NCBI GenBank assembly: GCA_019116305.1
Contig: DXBY01000049.1
Coordinates: 9,386-73,385 of the forward strand
Source: Candidatus Ruania gallistercoris
GTDB lineage: Bacteria; Actinomycetota; Actinomycetes; Actinomycetales; Beutenbergiaceae
DNA length: 64,000 nt
Direction: 5' to 3'
Position 1 is the first letter of the stretch. The number at the start of each line of letters is the position of its first letter. Of this stretch, positions 37,875 to 50,180 are shown piece by piece. The translations under genes and the position numbers were made by a program. The notes under the pieces are model-generated. The model was not told the DNA's origin. It saw nothing but the letters and a program-made list of their open reading frames with translations, and ran no database searches.

Positions 37875-38851
37875 GGCACCGGTACGCGTTCCTGCGCAGC
37901 ACCCGGTGGCTGGGGATCACCGCGCTGGTGCTGGCCGTCAGCATCACCTGTGTGCTGCTCGGCCGCTGGCAGCTGAGCCGGTATGAGACCAAGGCGGACC
38001 AAGCCGATCTGGTCACCAGCAACTACGACGCCGCGCCGGTGCCGGCCACCGAGCTGCTGCCCACGCCGGAGTCGCCGCTGGCCCACCAGGACACCTGGCG
38101 CAGCGTCCAGCTGACCGGTGAGTACCTGACCCCGTCGCTGCTGCTGCCGCAACGGCCGATCGAGGGCTCGGCGGCCGACCATGTGATCGGCGTGTTCGCC
38201 GCCGACACCACCGAGGGCACGTGGCTGCTGGTGGTGGACCGCGGCTGGTATCCCACCGACTCCTTCACCGACCACTCCGCCCAGGCCGCGCTGCCCGAGG
38301 GCGAGGTGCAGCTGACCGTGCGGATGCGCGCTGCCGAGGGACCCAGTGCACGCGATCTCGGGCCGGGCCGTCTGCATGCCCTGAATCCACAGCAGGTGCT
38401 GGCCGAACAGGCGGCTGTCGGCGACGACGTCCCGGACCCGGCCAGGGCGGAGCTGGTCTCCGGGGCCTACGGCATCCTGGCCGAGGAGCAGCCCAGTACC
38501 ACCGCAGCGCCTACGCCGCTCCCCCGCCCGTCCACCGACCTGGGCAACCACCTCTCCTACGCGTTCCAGTGGTGGGTCTTCGGCGCCGGTGTCTGGGTGG
38601 GCCTCGTGGTACTCGCCCGACGAGAAGCGGACGGGCTCGGTGCCGCGGCACCCTCGGCAGCCGAGGCGGCTCCGGCCGCCGAGTCCGGTCGTCCGGAACC
38701 GGCAACGCGCAGCCGCCGGCGGATGAGGTTCGCCGACGATGCCGCCGAGGACGCCCTGATCGACGCCCAGCTCGCCGAGCAGCAGCCAGAGTCCGCCCCC
38801 GTGGGTGTGGAGGACGGGCCCGCTCAGGCCAGGGACACCAGCTCCAGGTAG
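37871..38851 (+). CDS. SURF1 family protein
   Basis: N-terminal TM then LGRWQLSR, VDRGW, and HLSYAFQWWVF with C-terminal TM. Confidence 0.92.
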   Translation: MRHRYAFLRSTRWLGITALVLAVSITCVLLGRWQLSRYETKADQADLVTSNYDAAPVPATELLPTPESPLAHQDTWRSVQLTGEYLTPSLLLPQRPIEGSAADHVIGVFAADTTEGTWLLVVDRGWYPTDSFTDHSAQAALPEGEVQLTVRMRAAEGPSARDLGPGRLHALNPQQVLAEQAAVGDDVPDPARAELVSGAYGILAEEQPSTTAAPTPLPRPSTDLGNHLSYAFQWWVFGAGVWVGLVVLARREADGLGAAAPSAAEAAPAAESGRPEPATRSRRRMRFADDAAEDALIDAQLAEQQPESAPVGVEDGPAQARDTSSR

Positions 38852-40422
38852 TTCTCGCTCCACAGGTCCTCGTCCCCGTCCGGCAGCAGCAGCACCCGCT
38901 CCGGCTGCAGGGCGGCGACCGCTCCCTCGTCGTGGGTGACCAGCACGACGGCGCCGGTGAAGCTGCGCAGGGCGGCGAGGATCTCCTCGCGGCTGGCCGG
39001 GTCGAGGTTGTTCGTCGGTTCGTCCAGGAGGAGCACGTTCGCCTGGGAGACCACCAGCAGCGCCAGGGCGAGCCGGGTCTTCTCCCCGCCGGAGAGCACA
39101 CCGGCCGGCTTGTCCGCATCCTCACCGGAGAACAGGAACGATCCGAGCACGCTGCGCACCTGGGTGTCGGTCAGGTCCGGGGCGGCACTGCGCAGGTTCT
39201 CCACCACAGTGCGGCCGGTGTCCAGGGTTTCGTGCTCCTGGGCGTAGTAGCCGATCTTCAACCCGTGCCCGGGCAGGACCTCGCCGGTGTCGCTGGCTTC
39301 GATCCCGGCGAGGAGACGCAGCAGGGTGGTCTTGCCGGCACCGTTCAGGCCGAGGACCACCACCTTGCTGCCTCGGTCGATGGCCAGGTCCACATCGGTG
39401 AACACCTCCTGCGACCCGTAGGACTTGGACAGTCCCTCGGCACGCAGCGGGGTGCGCCCGCACGGCGCCGGGTCCGGGAACCGCAGCTTGGCGACCTTGT
39501 CCGCGGCGCGCACCTCCTCCAGACCGGAGAGCATCCGTTCGGCGCGGCGGATCATGTTCTGTGCGGCGACCGCCTTGGTGGCCTTGGCGCGCATCTTGTC
39601 CGCCTGGGCCAGCAGTGCCGAGGCCTTCTTCTCCGCGTTCACCCGCTCCCTCCGACGGCGCCGTTCGTCGCTCTCGCGCTGCTCCAGGTAGGCATCCCAC
39701 CCGAGGTTGTACACATCCAGCACACCGCGGTTGGCATCGAGGTGAAAGACGGTGTTCACGCACTGCCGGAGCAGGTCGGTGTCGTGGCTGATCACGATGA
39801 AGCCGCCGGGGTAGCTGCCGAGGAACTCCCGCAGCCAGGTGATCGAGTCCGCGTCCAGGTGGTTCGTCGGCTCGTCCAGCAGCAGGGTCTCGGCGTCGGA
39901 GAACAGGATCCGGGCCAGCTCCACCCGGCGCCGCTGACCTCCGGAGAGGGTGCGCAACGGCTGGCTGAGCACCCGGGTGGGCAGGCCGAGGTTGGAGGTG
40001 ATTCGGGCCGCTTCACTCTCCGCGGCCCAGCCGCCCTGCGCGCTGAACTCGGCATCCAGGCGGGTGTAGCGATCCATCGCCTTCTCCCGCACCGCCTCGT
40101 CCTCGCTGGCCATGTCCGCCTCGGCACGACGGATCCGGCGCACCACCTCGTGCAGGTTGCGGGCGGAGAGCACTCGGTCCCGGGCGAGCTGGTCCAGGTC
40201 GCCAGTGCGTGGGTCCTGCGGCAGGTAGCCGACCGTGCCGTTGTTCGTGATCGTGCCGCTGGTCGGCTGGCCCTCGCCGGCCAGGGTGCGGGTCAGCGTA
40301 GTCTTTCCGGCGCCGTTGCGCCCCACCAGACCGATCCGCATTCCGGAGTCGATGCGAAAGTTCGCCCCGGCGAGGAGCTGACGGGCCCCGATTCGGAGCT
40401 CCACTTCTTGCGCACTGATCAC
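38824..40422 (-). CDS. ABC-F family ATPase
   Basis: Two NBDs (GRNGAGKTT/LSGGQRRR/LLDEPT and GLNGAGKTT/LSGGEKTR/LLDEPT) with a helical linker and no TM. GTG 40422 follows TAGAGT plus 7 nt. Confidence 0.93.
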   Translation of the reverse strand: MISAQEVELRIGARQLLAGANFRIDSGMRIGLVGRNGAGKTTLTRTLAGEGQPTSGTITNNGTVGYLPQDPRTGDLDQLARDRVLSARNLHEVVRRIRRAEADMASEDEAVREKAMDRYTRLDAEFSAQGGWAAESEAARITSNLGLPTRVLSQPLRTLSGGQRRRVELARILFSDAETLLLDEPTNHLDADSITWLREFLGSYPGGFIVISHDTDLLRQCVNTVFHLDANRGVLDVYNLGWDAYLEQRESDERRRRRERVNAEKKASALLAQADKMRAKATKAVAAQNMIRRAERMLSGLEEVRAADKVAKLRFPDPAPCGRTPLRAEGLSKSYGSQEVFTDVDLAIDRGSKVVVLGLNGAGKTTLLRLLAGIEASDTGEVLPGHGLKIGYYAQEHETLDTGRTVVENLRSAAPDLTDTQVRSVLGSFLFSGEDADKPAGVLSGGEKTRLALALLVVSQANVLLLDEPTNNLDPASREEILAALRSFTGAVVLVTHDEGAVAALQPERVLLLPDGDEDLWSENYLELVSLA

Positions 40423-40511
40423 TGGTCGCACTCTACCGGCGGCCCGGTGAGTGACCGCACGGGATTTTCCCGCCGCGCACGTGAAGTTGCTCGCACTGAG
40501 ATACTCGGCCC

Positions 40512-41438
40512 ATGACGATCAGCTACCGTCCGTGGCAGGAGGGGGACGAGGTCGCGGTGTACGCGGCTCTCGGTGACCCTGATACCCCGCAGTCCGCTCT
40601 CGATCGTCCGTTGCTCGGGCCGGCGGCTACCGACCCGTGGCGGCGCTGCCTGGTCGCCGTCGAGGACGGCGCGGTGCTGGGGGCCGGCGCCGTGAGCGAG
40701 GCGCGCCTACATCCCACCCGGTTGTGGCTGTACGTGGAGGTCGCCGCCGACCACCGGCGCCGCGGTGTCGGGACCGAGCTGGTGCGGCGGCTACGCCAGG
40801 AGGGATCGCCGTCGGGAGTGACCGCCCTGCGCAGCCGGTACACCGGCGATGCCACCGCAGCGGCAGGCTTCGCCGCCTCGTTGGCGATGACCCCGATCCA
40901 ACAGAGCATGATCGTGCGGATCCGTGCCGGCGCCCTGCCCGAGCCCGTGTTCGGACCGGCAGGTCCGGTGCTGGAGGACCTGGCCACCGGCAGTGTGGAG
41001 CTGACCAAGCTGGTCGCCGCCTACTACGACGCGGTACACGCCTCCTGGGACCCCGCCGAGATGACCCTCGGCCGGGCGCAGGATCTGCTGCTGGCACCAC
41101 AGACCGGTGCGCATGGGGCGGTGGTACTGCGGGACCGGGCCGGAGAGCTGGGCGGAAAGGTGCTCGCCTTCGCCGTCTCCTACCCACCGCCGGCTGCGGA
41201 GGATGCGGCACCGGCCGGGGACACCGAGCTGCTGGTCGGTTACGACACCACACTGGCGAACTCGCGGGCGCGCGCAGCAGTGCGCCAGCTGCTGGCGATG
41301 ACCGCCGCCCGCTACCCGGTGCAGATCGAGGTGGACGAGGTGATGACCCCGGTGGCGGGCGTGGTGGACGCGCTGGTGCGCGAGGAGCAGGCCGAGGTGG
41401 TCACCGAGACCACGCTGGTGGCCACGGAGGGGTCGTGA
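40512..41438 (+). CDS. GNAT family N-acetyltransferase
   Basis: VEVAADHRRRGVGTELV acetyl-CoA motif. Confidence 0.8.
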   Translation: MTISYRPWQEGDEVAVYAALGDPDTPQSALDRPLLGPAATDPWRRCLVAVEDGAVLGAGAVSEARLHPTRLWLYVEVAADHRRRGVGTELVRRLRQEGSPSGVTALRSRYTGDATAAAGFAASLAMTPIQQSMIVRIRAGALPEPVFGPAGPVLEDLATGSVELTKLVAAYYDAVHASWDPAEMTLGRAQDLLLAPQTGAHGAVVLRDRAGELGGKVLAFAVSYPPPAAEDAAPAGDTELLVGYDTTLANSRARAAVRQLLAMTAARYPVQIEVDEVMTPVAGVVDALVREEQAEVVTETTLVATEGS

Positions 41439-41475
41439 CGGGTGCTGGGCCGCGGTGATCCCGCCGACGACTGAC

Positions 41476-41806
41476 TCAGACGTTGAAGCCGAGCGCCCGC
41501 AGCTGCTCGCGGCCGTCCTCAGTGATCTTCTCCGGGCCCCACGGCGGCATCCAGACCCAGTTGATCCGCAGGCCGGCAGTGATGCCCTCCAGCGCCTGCG
41601 CGGCCTGGTCCTCGATCATGTCCGTGAGCGGGCAGGCGGCCGAGGTGAGCGTCATGTCCACGACAGCCTCGTTGGTCTGGTCGATGGTCACGCCATAGAC
41701 CAGGCCGAGGTCGACGACGTTGATCCCCAACTCCGGGTCGATCACGTCTCGGAGGGCTTCTTCCACGTCGGCTGCGGTGGGTGCGGCGGTGACGTCGTTG
41801 CTGGTG

Positions 41807-41814
<8 letters not shown>
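41476..41814 (-). CDS. sufT: SufT/DUF59 Fe-S maturation protein
   Basis: VIDPELGINVVDLGLVY, MTLTSAACPL and WMPPWGPEK. Confidence 0.93.
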
Positions 41815-44360
<2,546 letters not shown>

Positions 44361-44384
44361 GCGTTCTCTTCTCTCGTTGCTGTC

Positions 44385-44732
44385 TCAGTCTGTGGCGGCG
44401 GCCGGGACGTCCACATCCACCAGGACGTGGTCTCCGTCGTAGGTCACCGGGTATATGGGCACCGGCCGGGTGGCCGGCAGTGCGAGCGGGTGGCCGGTGC
44501 GCAGGTCGAACATGGACCCGTGCAACCAGCACTCCAGGGTGTCGCCGTCGATCTCCCCCTCGGAGAGGGAGACCTGGCCGTGGGAGCAGATGTCGTTGAT
44601 GGCGTAGTACTGCCCGTCCTCGGCGCGAGCCAGGGCTACCTCCACCAGGGAGCCGTCTGCGGCGTCGAGCTCGAGCCGCATGGCCTCTCCGGGCTCCAGA
44701 TCATCGCGGGAGGCGACAACCTGTGCGGTCAT
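44385..44732 (-). CDS. Rieske-type ferredoxin
   Basis: CSH...ECWLHGS.FD (CxH...CxxH). Confidence 0.93.
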   Translation of the reverse strand: MTAQVVASRDDLEPGEAMRLELDAADGSLVEVALARAEDGQYYAINDICSHGQVSLSEGEIDGDTLECWLHGSMFDLRTGHPLALPATRPVPIYPVTYDGDHVLVDVDVPAAATD

Positions 44733-46003
44733 TGCGCCACCCCGGACTCGATCGCATCGATCACGGCCTGCTCGTCCTCGGACTCGTCGTAGGCACCGGT
44801 CAGGTGCCCGAGCACGGTGTCCAGCTCGGCGTCGATGGCGGCGAGCAGCCGCTCCTCCACCGAGGCCACACCGATCTTGGTGATCATCTCGGCGAAGAAC
44901 CCGCGCACCACCAGGCGGCGGGCGGCGTCCTCGGGGATGCCGCGCGAGCGCAGGTAGAACAGCTGCTCGTCGTCGAACCGGCCGGTGGCCGAGGCGTGCC
45001 CGGCCCCCTCGATCTCACCGGTCTCGATCTCCAGGTTCGGCACCGAGTCGGCGCGTGCGCCGTCGGTGAGGACCAGGTTCCGGTTCAGCTCGTAGGTGTC
45101 GGTGCCCTCGGCCTCCTTGCGGATCAGCACGTCACCGATCCACACGATGTGCGCGTCGTCGCCCTGCAGCGCGCCCTTGTAGGTGACCCGGGAGATGCAG
45201 TTCGGCACCGCATGGTCCACGAACAGCCGGTGCTCCTGGTGCTGGCCGGCGTCGGCGAAGTACAGGCCGTCCATCTCCACGTCCCCACCGGTGCCGGTGA
45301 AGATCGACTCCGGGGTGAGGCGGACCACGTCCCCACCGAGGGTGACCACCACGTGCCGCAGGGTCGCGTCCCGGCCGAGCAGGGCGCGGTGGCTGCTGGC
45401 GTGCACCGCACCGGCCTCCCAGTCCTGCACCGAGACCACCCGCAGGTGGGCGCCGTCACCGACGTGGATCTCCACGGTCTGGGTCAGAGCGGCCTCGCCC
45501 CGGTGGTCGAGCACCACCACGGCCTCGGACAGATCCTCGGCGATAATGCTCACGTGCTGGGCGGCCGGGGTGGTGTCGGTCCCGGTGAGGGTGACCAGCA
45601 CCTCCTTCGTGGCAGCGTGCTGGCGCGGGATGGTCACCACGAGAGCGTCGGTGAAGGACTCCCAAGCGATAGCGGCGAGCCGGTCCCCGGGTGCCCCGGC
45701 AGTGCCGAGGCGCTCGTCCTCGCGGCCCACGTGCTCGATCCGGACCTTGTCGTCGGCCTCCACCTGCACCTGCGGGCCGGTGCCGGTGAGCACTCCGGCC
45801 ATCAGCGGGGCGAGGCGGTTCATCGGGGAGAACCGCCACTCCTCCTCCCGCCCCGTGGGCGGAGCGAAGTCCGCCAGGGCGAAGGAGGTGGCGCGGTCGC
45901 CGCGCGAGGACTCCGGCACGACGCCGTGGCTGTGCGCACCGTCGGCCGAAGCCTGGGAGTGGTCGGTGCTCAGCGAGGTGTTCTCAGTTGTGGTGGTCGA
46001 CAT
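44729..46003 (-). CDS. sufD: Fe-S assembly protein SufD
   Basis: EEWRFSP, YKGAL, ADSVPNLEI, HASATG and YLRSRGI. Confidence 0.96.
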   Translation of the reverse strand: MSTTTTENTSLSTDHSQASADGAHSHGVVPESSRGDRATSFALADFAPPTGREEEWRFSPMNRLAPLMAGVLTGTGPQVQVEADDKVRIEHVGREDERLGTAGAPGDRLAAIAWESFTDALVVTIPRQHAATKEVLVTLTGTDTTPAAQHVSIIAEDLSEAVVVLDHRGEAALTQTVEIHVGDGAHLRVVSVQDWEAGAVHASSHRALLGRDATLRHVVVTLGGDVVRLTPESIFTGTGGDVEMDGLYFADAGQHQEHRLFVDHAVPNCISRVTYKGALQGDDAHIVWIGDVLIRKEAEGTDTYELNRNLVLTDGARADSVPNLEIETGEIEGAGHASATGRFDDEQLFYLRSRGIPEDAARRLVVRGFFAEMITKIGVASVEERLLAAIDAELDTVLGHLTGAYDESEDEQAVIDAIESGVAQ

Positions 46004-47445
46004 CAGCCGACGGCCCCTTCCATCTGCAGTTCGATGAGCCGGTTCAGCTCAAGTGCGTACTCCATCGGCAGCTCGCGCGCGATGGGCTCGACGAAGCCGC
46101 GCACGATCATCGCCATCGCCTCGGTCTCGTCCAGTCCGCGGGACATCAGGTAGAAGAGCTGATCCTCGCTGACCTTGGAGACAGTGGCCTCGTGGCCCAT
46201 CTCCACGTCGTCCTCACGGACGTCCACGTACGGGTAGGTGTCCGAGCGCGAGACCTGGTCCACGAGCAAGGCGTCGCAGAGCACGGTGGACTTGGCCCGC
46301 TCGGCGCCTTCGAGCACCTGCACCAGGCCGCGGTAGGAGGCGCGACCACCACCCCGGGCCACCGACTTGGACACGATCGAGGAGGACGTGTGCGGCGCCA
46401 TGTGCACCATCTTGGAACCGGTGTCCTGGTGCTGCTCCGCGCCGGCGAACGCGATGGACAGGGTCTCCCCACGGGCGTGCTCGCCCATCAGGTACACCGC
46501 CGGGTACTTCATCGTGACCTTGGAGCCGATGTTCCCGTCGATCCACTCCATGTTCCCGCCCTCAGCCACAGTGGCCCGCTTGGTCACCAGGTTGTAGACG
46601 TTGTTGGACCAGTTCTGGATCGTGGTGTAACGCACCCGGGCGTCCTTCTTCACCACGATCTCCACCACTGCCGAGTGCAGCGAGTCGGAGGAGTAGATCG
46701 GGGCGGTGCAGCCCTCGACGTAGTGCACGTAGGAGCCTTCGTCGGCGATGATCAGCGTGCGCTCGAACTGGCCCATGTTCTCGGTGTTGATCCGGAAGTA
46801 GGCCTGCAGCGGGATCTCCACGTGCACGCCGGGCGGAACGTACACGAACGAGCCACCGGACCAGACGGCGGTGTTCAGCGAGGCAAACTTGTTGTCCCCG
46901 GCCGGGATCACCGTGCCGAAGTACTCCTCGAAGAACTCCGGGTGCTCACGCAGCGCGGTGTCGGTGTCCATGAAGATGACGCCCTGACGCTCGAGCTCTT
47001 CGTTGATCTGGTGGTAGACGACCTCGGACTCGTACTGGGCCGCCACACCGGCCACCAGGCGCTGCTTCTCCGCCTCCGGGATCCCCAGCCGGTCGTAGGT
47101 CTCCTTGATCTCCGCGGGCAGGTCGTCCCAGCTGGTCGCCTGCTTCTCGGTGGAGCGCACGAAGTACTTGATGTTGTCGAAGTCGATCCCGGAGAGGTCG
47201 GCGCCCCAGTGCGGCATCGGCTTCTTCTCGAACAGCCGCAGCGCCTTGAGCCGGTTCTTGCGCATCCAGTCGGACTCGTCCTTCAGGTCCGAGATGTTGT
47301 TCACCACGTCGCGGGACAGGCCACGCTCGGCGTTCGCGCCCGCGTCGTCCGCGTCATGCCAGCCGTAGCCGTAGTTGCCGAGCGAGTCGATCGTCTCCTG
47401 CTGCTCCAGCAGCACCTGGTCCTTGCTGGTGGTCGGTGTCGTCAT
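46003..47445 (-). CDS. sufB: Fe-S assembly protein SufB (480 aa, no intein)
   Basis: [23 protein letters not shown] and HEATVSK. Start at ATG 47445. Confidence 0.97.
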   Translation of the reverse strand: MTTPTTSKDQVLLEQQETIDSLGNYGYGWHDADDAGANAERGLSRDVVNNISDLKDESDWMRKNRLKALRLFEKKPMPHWGADLSGIDFDNIKYFVRSTEKQATSWDDLPAEIKETYDRLGIPEAEKQRLVAGVAAQYESEVVYHQINEELERQGVIFMDTDTALREHPEFFEEYFGTVIPAGDNKFASLNTAVWSGGSFVYVPPGVHVEIPLQAYFRINTENMGQFERTLIIADEGSYVHYVEGCTAPIYSSDSLHSAVVEIVVKKDARVRYTTIQNWSNNVYNLVTKRATVAEGGNMEWIDGNIGSKVTMKYPAVYLMGEHARGETLSIAFAGAEQHQDTGSKMVHMAPHTSSSIVSKSVARGGGRASYRGLVQVLEGAERAKSTVLCDALLVDQVSRSDTYPYVDVREDDVEMGHEATVSKVSEDQLFYLMSRGLDETEAMAMIVRGFVEPIARELPMEYALELNRLIELQMEGAVG

Positions 47446-48140
47446 TGGTGTGTACTCATTCCTTTCCCCGGAGTGGGGATCGTCACCGGGATGTGGGTGG
47501 TGCAGACGTGCTCGCCACCGGCAAGGGTGGCCAGACGCTGGACGTGCACGCCGAGCAGGTCGGCGAACGCTCGAGTCTCTGCCTCGCACAGCTGGGGGAA
47601 CTGCGCGGCGATCTGCTGCACCGGGCAGTGTCCCTGGCAGAGCTGGACGGCAAATCCGCCCAGAGGTCTGGAACTGGCAGCGTAGCCGTCCTCACTGAGC
47701 GCTTCGGACAACGCCGCGGCACGGGCGTCCAGATCGGCTCCGGCCGCATCGACCTTCGCCTGGTAGCGCGCCTTGAGATCGTCGGAGCGTTCCTGGGCGA
47801 AGGCCTCGATCGCTTCCGGGCCAACCTTCTCGCCGAGCTCGGTCAGCGCCCGCACAGCCATCTCGGCATACGCGGCGCCGGCCTGCGGGTGCGCCGCCGG
47901 TGTGGCGATGTAGCGCTTCGCCGGACGCCCACGACCACGGGGGGTCGTCGAGGTGTCCTCGCGGACGGTCACATGTCCGGAGCGCTCCAGCACTGCCAGA
48001 TGTCTGCGGATCGCCGCTGAGGTCAGCTCCAGCTCGGCCGCCAGCTCCGCAGCGGTGACCGGCCCCAGCTCGATGATCAGGTTCCGGACGCGCTCCCGAG
48101 TAGTGGCTTCAGCGTCCTCGATCTCAGTCGTCACGCTCAC
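47442..48140 (-). CDS. sufR: SufR-type HTH regulator of the suf operon
   Basis: N-terminal HTH AIRRHL..LE, GRGRP, and Cys ligands in CQGHCP, QLCEAE and HVCTT. Confidence 0.92.
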   Translation of the reverse strand: MSVTTEIEDAEATTRERVRNLIIELGPVTAAELAAELELTSAAIRRHLAVLERSGHVTVREDTSTTPRGRGRPAKRYIATPAAHPQAGAAYAEMAVRALTELGEKVGPEAIEAFAQERSDDLKARYQAKVDAAGADLDARAAALSEALSEDGYAASSRPLGGFAVQLCQGHCPVQQIAAQFPQLCEAETRAFADLLGVHVQRLATLAGGEHVCTTHIPVTIPTPGKGMSTHQ

Positions 48141-48184
48141 ACCTCCTCAGGGCTCTGCCACGGCTCCAGCGGCCGGGAATTACT

Positions 48185-48198
48185 CAACATTGTCGTTA
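48185..48198. promoter_or_regulatory. Candidate SufR box CAAC-N6-GTTA
   Basis: CAACATTGTCGTTA in an AT-rich patch 45 nt upstream of sufR. One mismatch to the CAAC-N6-GTTG motif described for SufR. Confidence 0.6.
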
Positions 48199-48277
48199 CC
48201 CAAATGGGGTTCTGCAAGCAAGGCAAGCCTTAGAAGTGACTAACGTCTCATCGCGGGCTCGGTGTTCCCTCGCCACG

Positions 48278-48360
48278 GAGGTCACCCAGGCGATCGGAGG
48301 TAAGCGCGGCTCACCTCAAACCGCCGCAGGTGCCTCAGACCGCGGCGGTTACCTCCGATG
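48278..48360. repeat. Composite extragenic element with 19-bp periodicity, copy B
   Basis: GAGGT at 48278 and 48297; ACCTC/GCCTC/ACCTC at 48313, 48332 and 48351. ATCGGAGGTAA/TTACCTCCGAT is an 11-bp inverted repeat. 21 of 24 bases identical to 1356-1379. Confidence 0.8.
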
Positions 48361-48385
48361 GGCACCCGTCGCTGGAGTCGCCACT

Positions 48386-48500
48386 TGCGCACCCGGCTCC
48401 CGGACCCTGCGCGCCCGGGCTAGCAGCCCACGGGAGGCTGCGCACCCGGCTCCCGGACCCTGCGCACCCCGGCCACCAGCCCACGGGACCCTGCGCACCC
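48386..48500 (+). repeat. 53-bp tandem repeat (two copies plus a partial third)
   Basis: Units 48386-48438 and 48439-48491 are 47/53 identical. TGCGCRCCC recurs at 48386, 48408, 48439, 48461 and 48492. Confidence 0.88.
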
Positions 48501-48522
48501 GTATCTCGCATACCCTGCAGCG

Positions 48523-49440
48523 GTGACCTTCTGTGTGGAGCTGACCGGTGTGCACAAGTCCTTCGGGACGACCCGCGCACTCGACGGACTCTCCTTCTCC
48601 GCCGAACAGGGCAAGATCACCGCAGTACTCGGACCCAACGGGGCCGGAAAGACCACCGCGATGGCCATCTGCGAAGGTCTGGAGAGCGCCGATGCGGGCA
48701 CAGTGCGGGTGCTCGGCCGGGATCCGGGCACCGACGGCGCGCACCTACGCCCCCGGGTCGGGGTGATGATCCAGGACGGCGGCCTGCCGGTGATGGCCCG
48801 GGCCGAGGAGCTGCTCCGCCACGTGGCCCGCCTGTACGCCCGGCCCCGAGACGTGGCGGAGCTGGTGGAGGATCTCGGCCTGGGCGCGTTCGCGCGCACC
48901 TCGGTGCGCCGCCTCTCCGGCGGGCAGCGCCAGCGCCTGGCCCTCGCGATCGCGCTGGTGGGTCGCCCGGACCTGGTGTTCCTGGACGAGCCGAGCGCCG
49001 GGATGGACCCGCAGACCCGGATCGCCGTGTGGGAGATGATCGAGACGTTGCGTGCCGACGGGGTGAGCGTGCTGTTGACCACGCACCTGATGGACGAAGC
49101 GGCCCGACTGGCCGACCAGGTGGTGATCATCGATCACGGCGCGGTGATCGCCCAGGGCACTGTGGCCGAGCTGACCGCCGGCGCAACCAGTGACGGCGGA
49201 GCTCTCCCGGGCGGCGAGCCGTCCCCTGTCCTGGAGCACGGGGCGGACACCCCCGGCACGCAGCCCGGCTCACCCACTGCCGCGCACCTCACCGGAACAT
49301 TCACGCCCGAGGCGAGGACCGCCGTCGAAAATCTTGCCCGCAACTACGATCTACGGCTGCAGATCGAGCCGGCAACCCCCACGGGTGGCCGCACCCTGGA
49401 GGACGTGTTCCTCGAGCTGACCGGACGGAGTCTGCGATGA
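48523..49440 (+). CDS. ABC-2 exporter ATP-binding protein (Rv1458c-like)
   Basis: GPNGAGKTT, LSGGQRQR, LDEPSAG and TTH. Confidence 0.92.
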   Translation: MTFCVELTGVHKSFGTTRALDGLSFSAEQGKITAVLGPNGAGKTTAMAICEGLESADAGTVRVLGRDPGTDGAHLRPRVGVMIQDGGLPVMARAEELLRHVARLYARPRDVAELVEDLGLGAFARTSVRRLSGGQRQRLALAIALVGRPDLVFLDEPSAGMDPQTRIAVWEMIETLRADGVSVLLTTHLMDEAARLADQVVIIDHGAVIAQGTVAELTAGATSDGGALPGGEPSPVLEHGADTPGTQPGSPTAAHLTGTFTPEARTAVENLARNYDLRLQIEPATPTGGRTLEDVFLELTGRSLR

Positions 49441-50180
49441 CCGTGCACGCCGGCGCAAGCCCGTGGCCCACCCGGGTGCTCGCCCACGCCGGCTTCGAGA
49501 TGCGCAACCTGCTCCGCAACGGTGAGCAACTCCTGCTCACCGTAATCCTGCCGGCGATCGTGCTGGTGGTACTGGCGCGCACCAACCTGGTCCGCCTGGA
49601 CTTCGGCGGTCATGACCCCGTGCAGGTGGCTGCTCCCGGTGTGCTCGCCCTGGCGATCATGTCCACCGCGTTCACCTCGAACGCCATCGCCACCGGGTTC
49701 GACCGACGCGCCGGTGCCCTCCGGTTGCTGGCCACCACCCCGCTGGGTCGTAGCGGCCTCCTCGGCGGTAAAGCGGTCGGGGTGTGCGCGGTGGAGGTCG
49801 TGCAGATCCTCCTCCTCGGCGCCCTCGCTCTGGCCCTCGGCTGGCGCCCGGAGCTCGCCGGGCTGCCGGTCGCGATCGCGGCGGTGCTGCTGGGAACGGC
49901 CGCGTTCACCGCTCTGGCCCTGCTGATCGCCGGGACGCTGCGTGCCGAGGCTGTGCTCGCGGGTGCGAACCTGCTCTGGCTCCTGCTGGTGGTCGGCGGC
50001 GGTGTGGTCGTACCGATGAGCGGAGTGCTGGCCTACCTGCCGTCCGCCGCACTCGGCGACGCTCTGCGGGCAGGTCTGACCGAGGGTGCCCCGTCCGAAG
50101 CCCTGTTACCCCTGGCGATCCTGCTCGGCTGGACCGTCGTGCTCGGCGCTGCCACCGTGCGCTGGTTCCGCTGGGACTGA
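49437..50180 (+). CDS. ABC-2 exporter permease (Rv1457c-like)
   Basis: LLRNGEQLLLT and six TM segments. 4-nt overlap with the ATPase. Confidence 0.9.
   Translation: MTVHAGASPWPTRVLAHAGFEMRNLLRNGEQLLLTVILPAIVLVVLARTNLVRLDFGGHDPVQVAAPGVLALAIMSTAFTSNAIATGFDRRAGALRLLATTPLGRSGLLGGKAVGVCAVEVVQILLLGALALALGWRPELAGLPVAIAAVLLGTAAFTALALLIAGTLRAEAVLAGANLLWLLLVVGGGVVVPMSGVLAYLPSAALGDALRAGLTEGAPSEALLPLAILLGWTVVLGAATVRWFRWD

Noticed and set aside
46003-47445. Intein in SufB, as in some mycobacteria
   Set aside because: The protein is 480 aa, the normal length, with no inserted segment.
48214-48232. IdeR/DtxR iron box
   Set aside because: Only about 13 of 19 positions match TWAGGTWAGSCTWACCTWA by my count, with a poor left half. 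Too weak to call.
48386-48500. Possible CRISPR array
   Set aside because: Only two units, the intervening sequence is repeated rather than unique, and there are no cas genes in the window. The same applies to the 19-bp-period elements.
48330-49193. 287-aa ORF with repeated HPAPGPCAP peptide
   Set aside because: The peptide repeat is just the translation of the 53-bp DNA repeat, and the ORF overlaps the real ABC ATPase out of frame.
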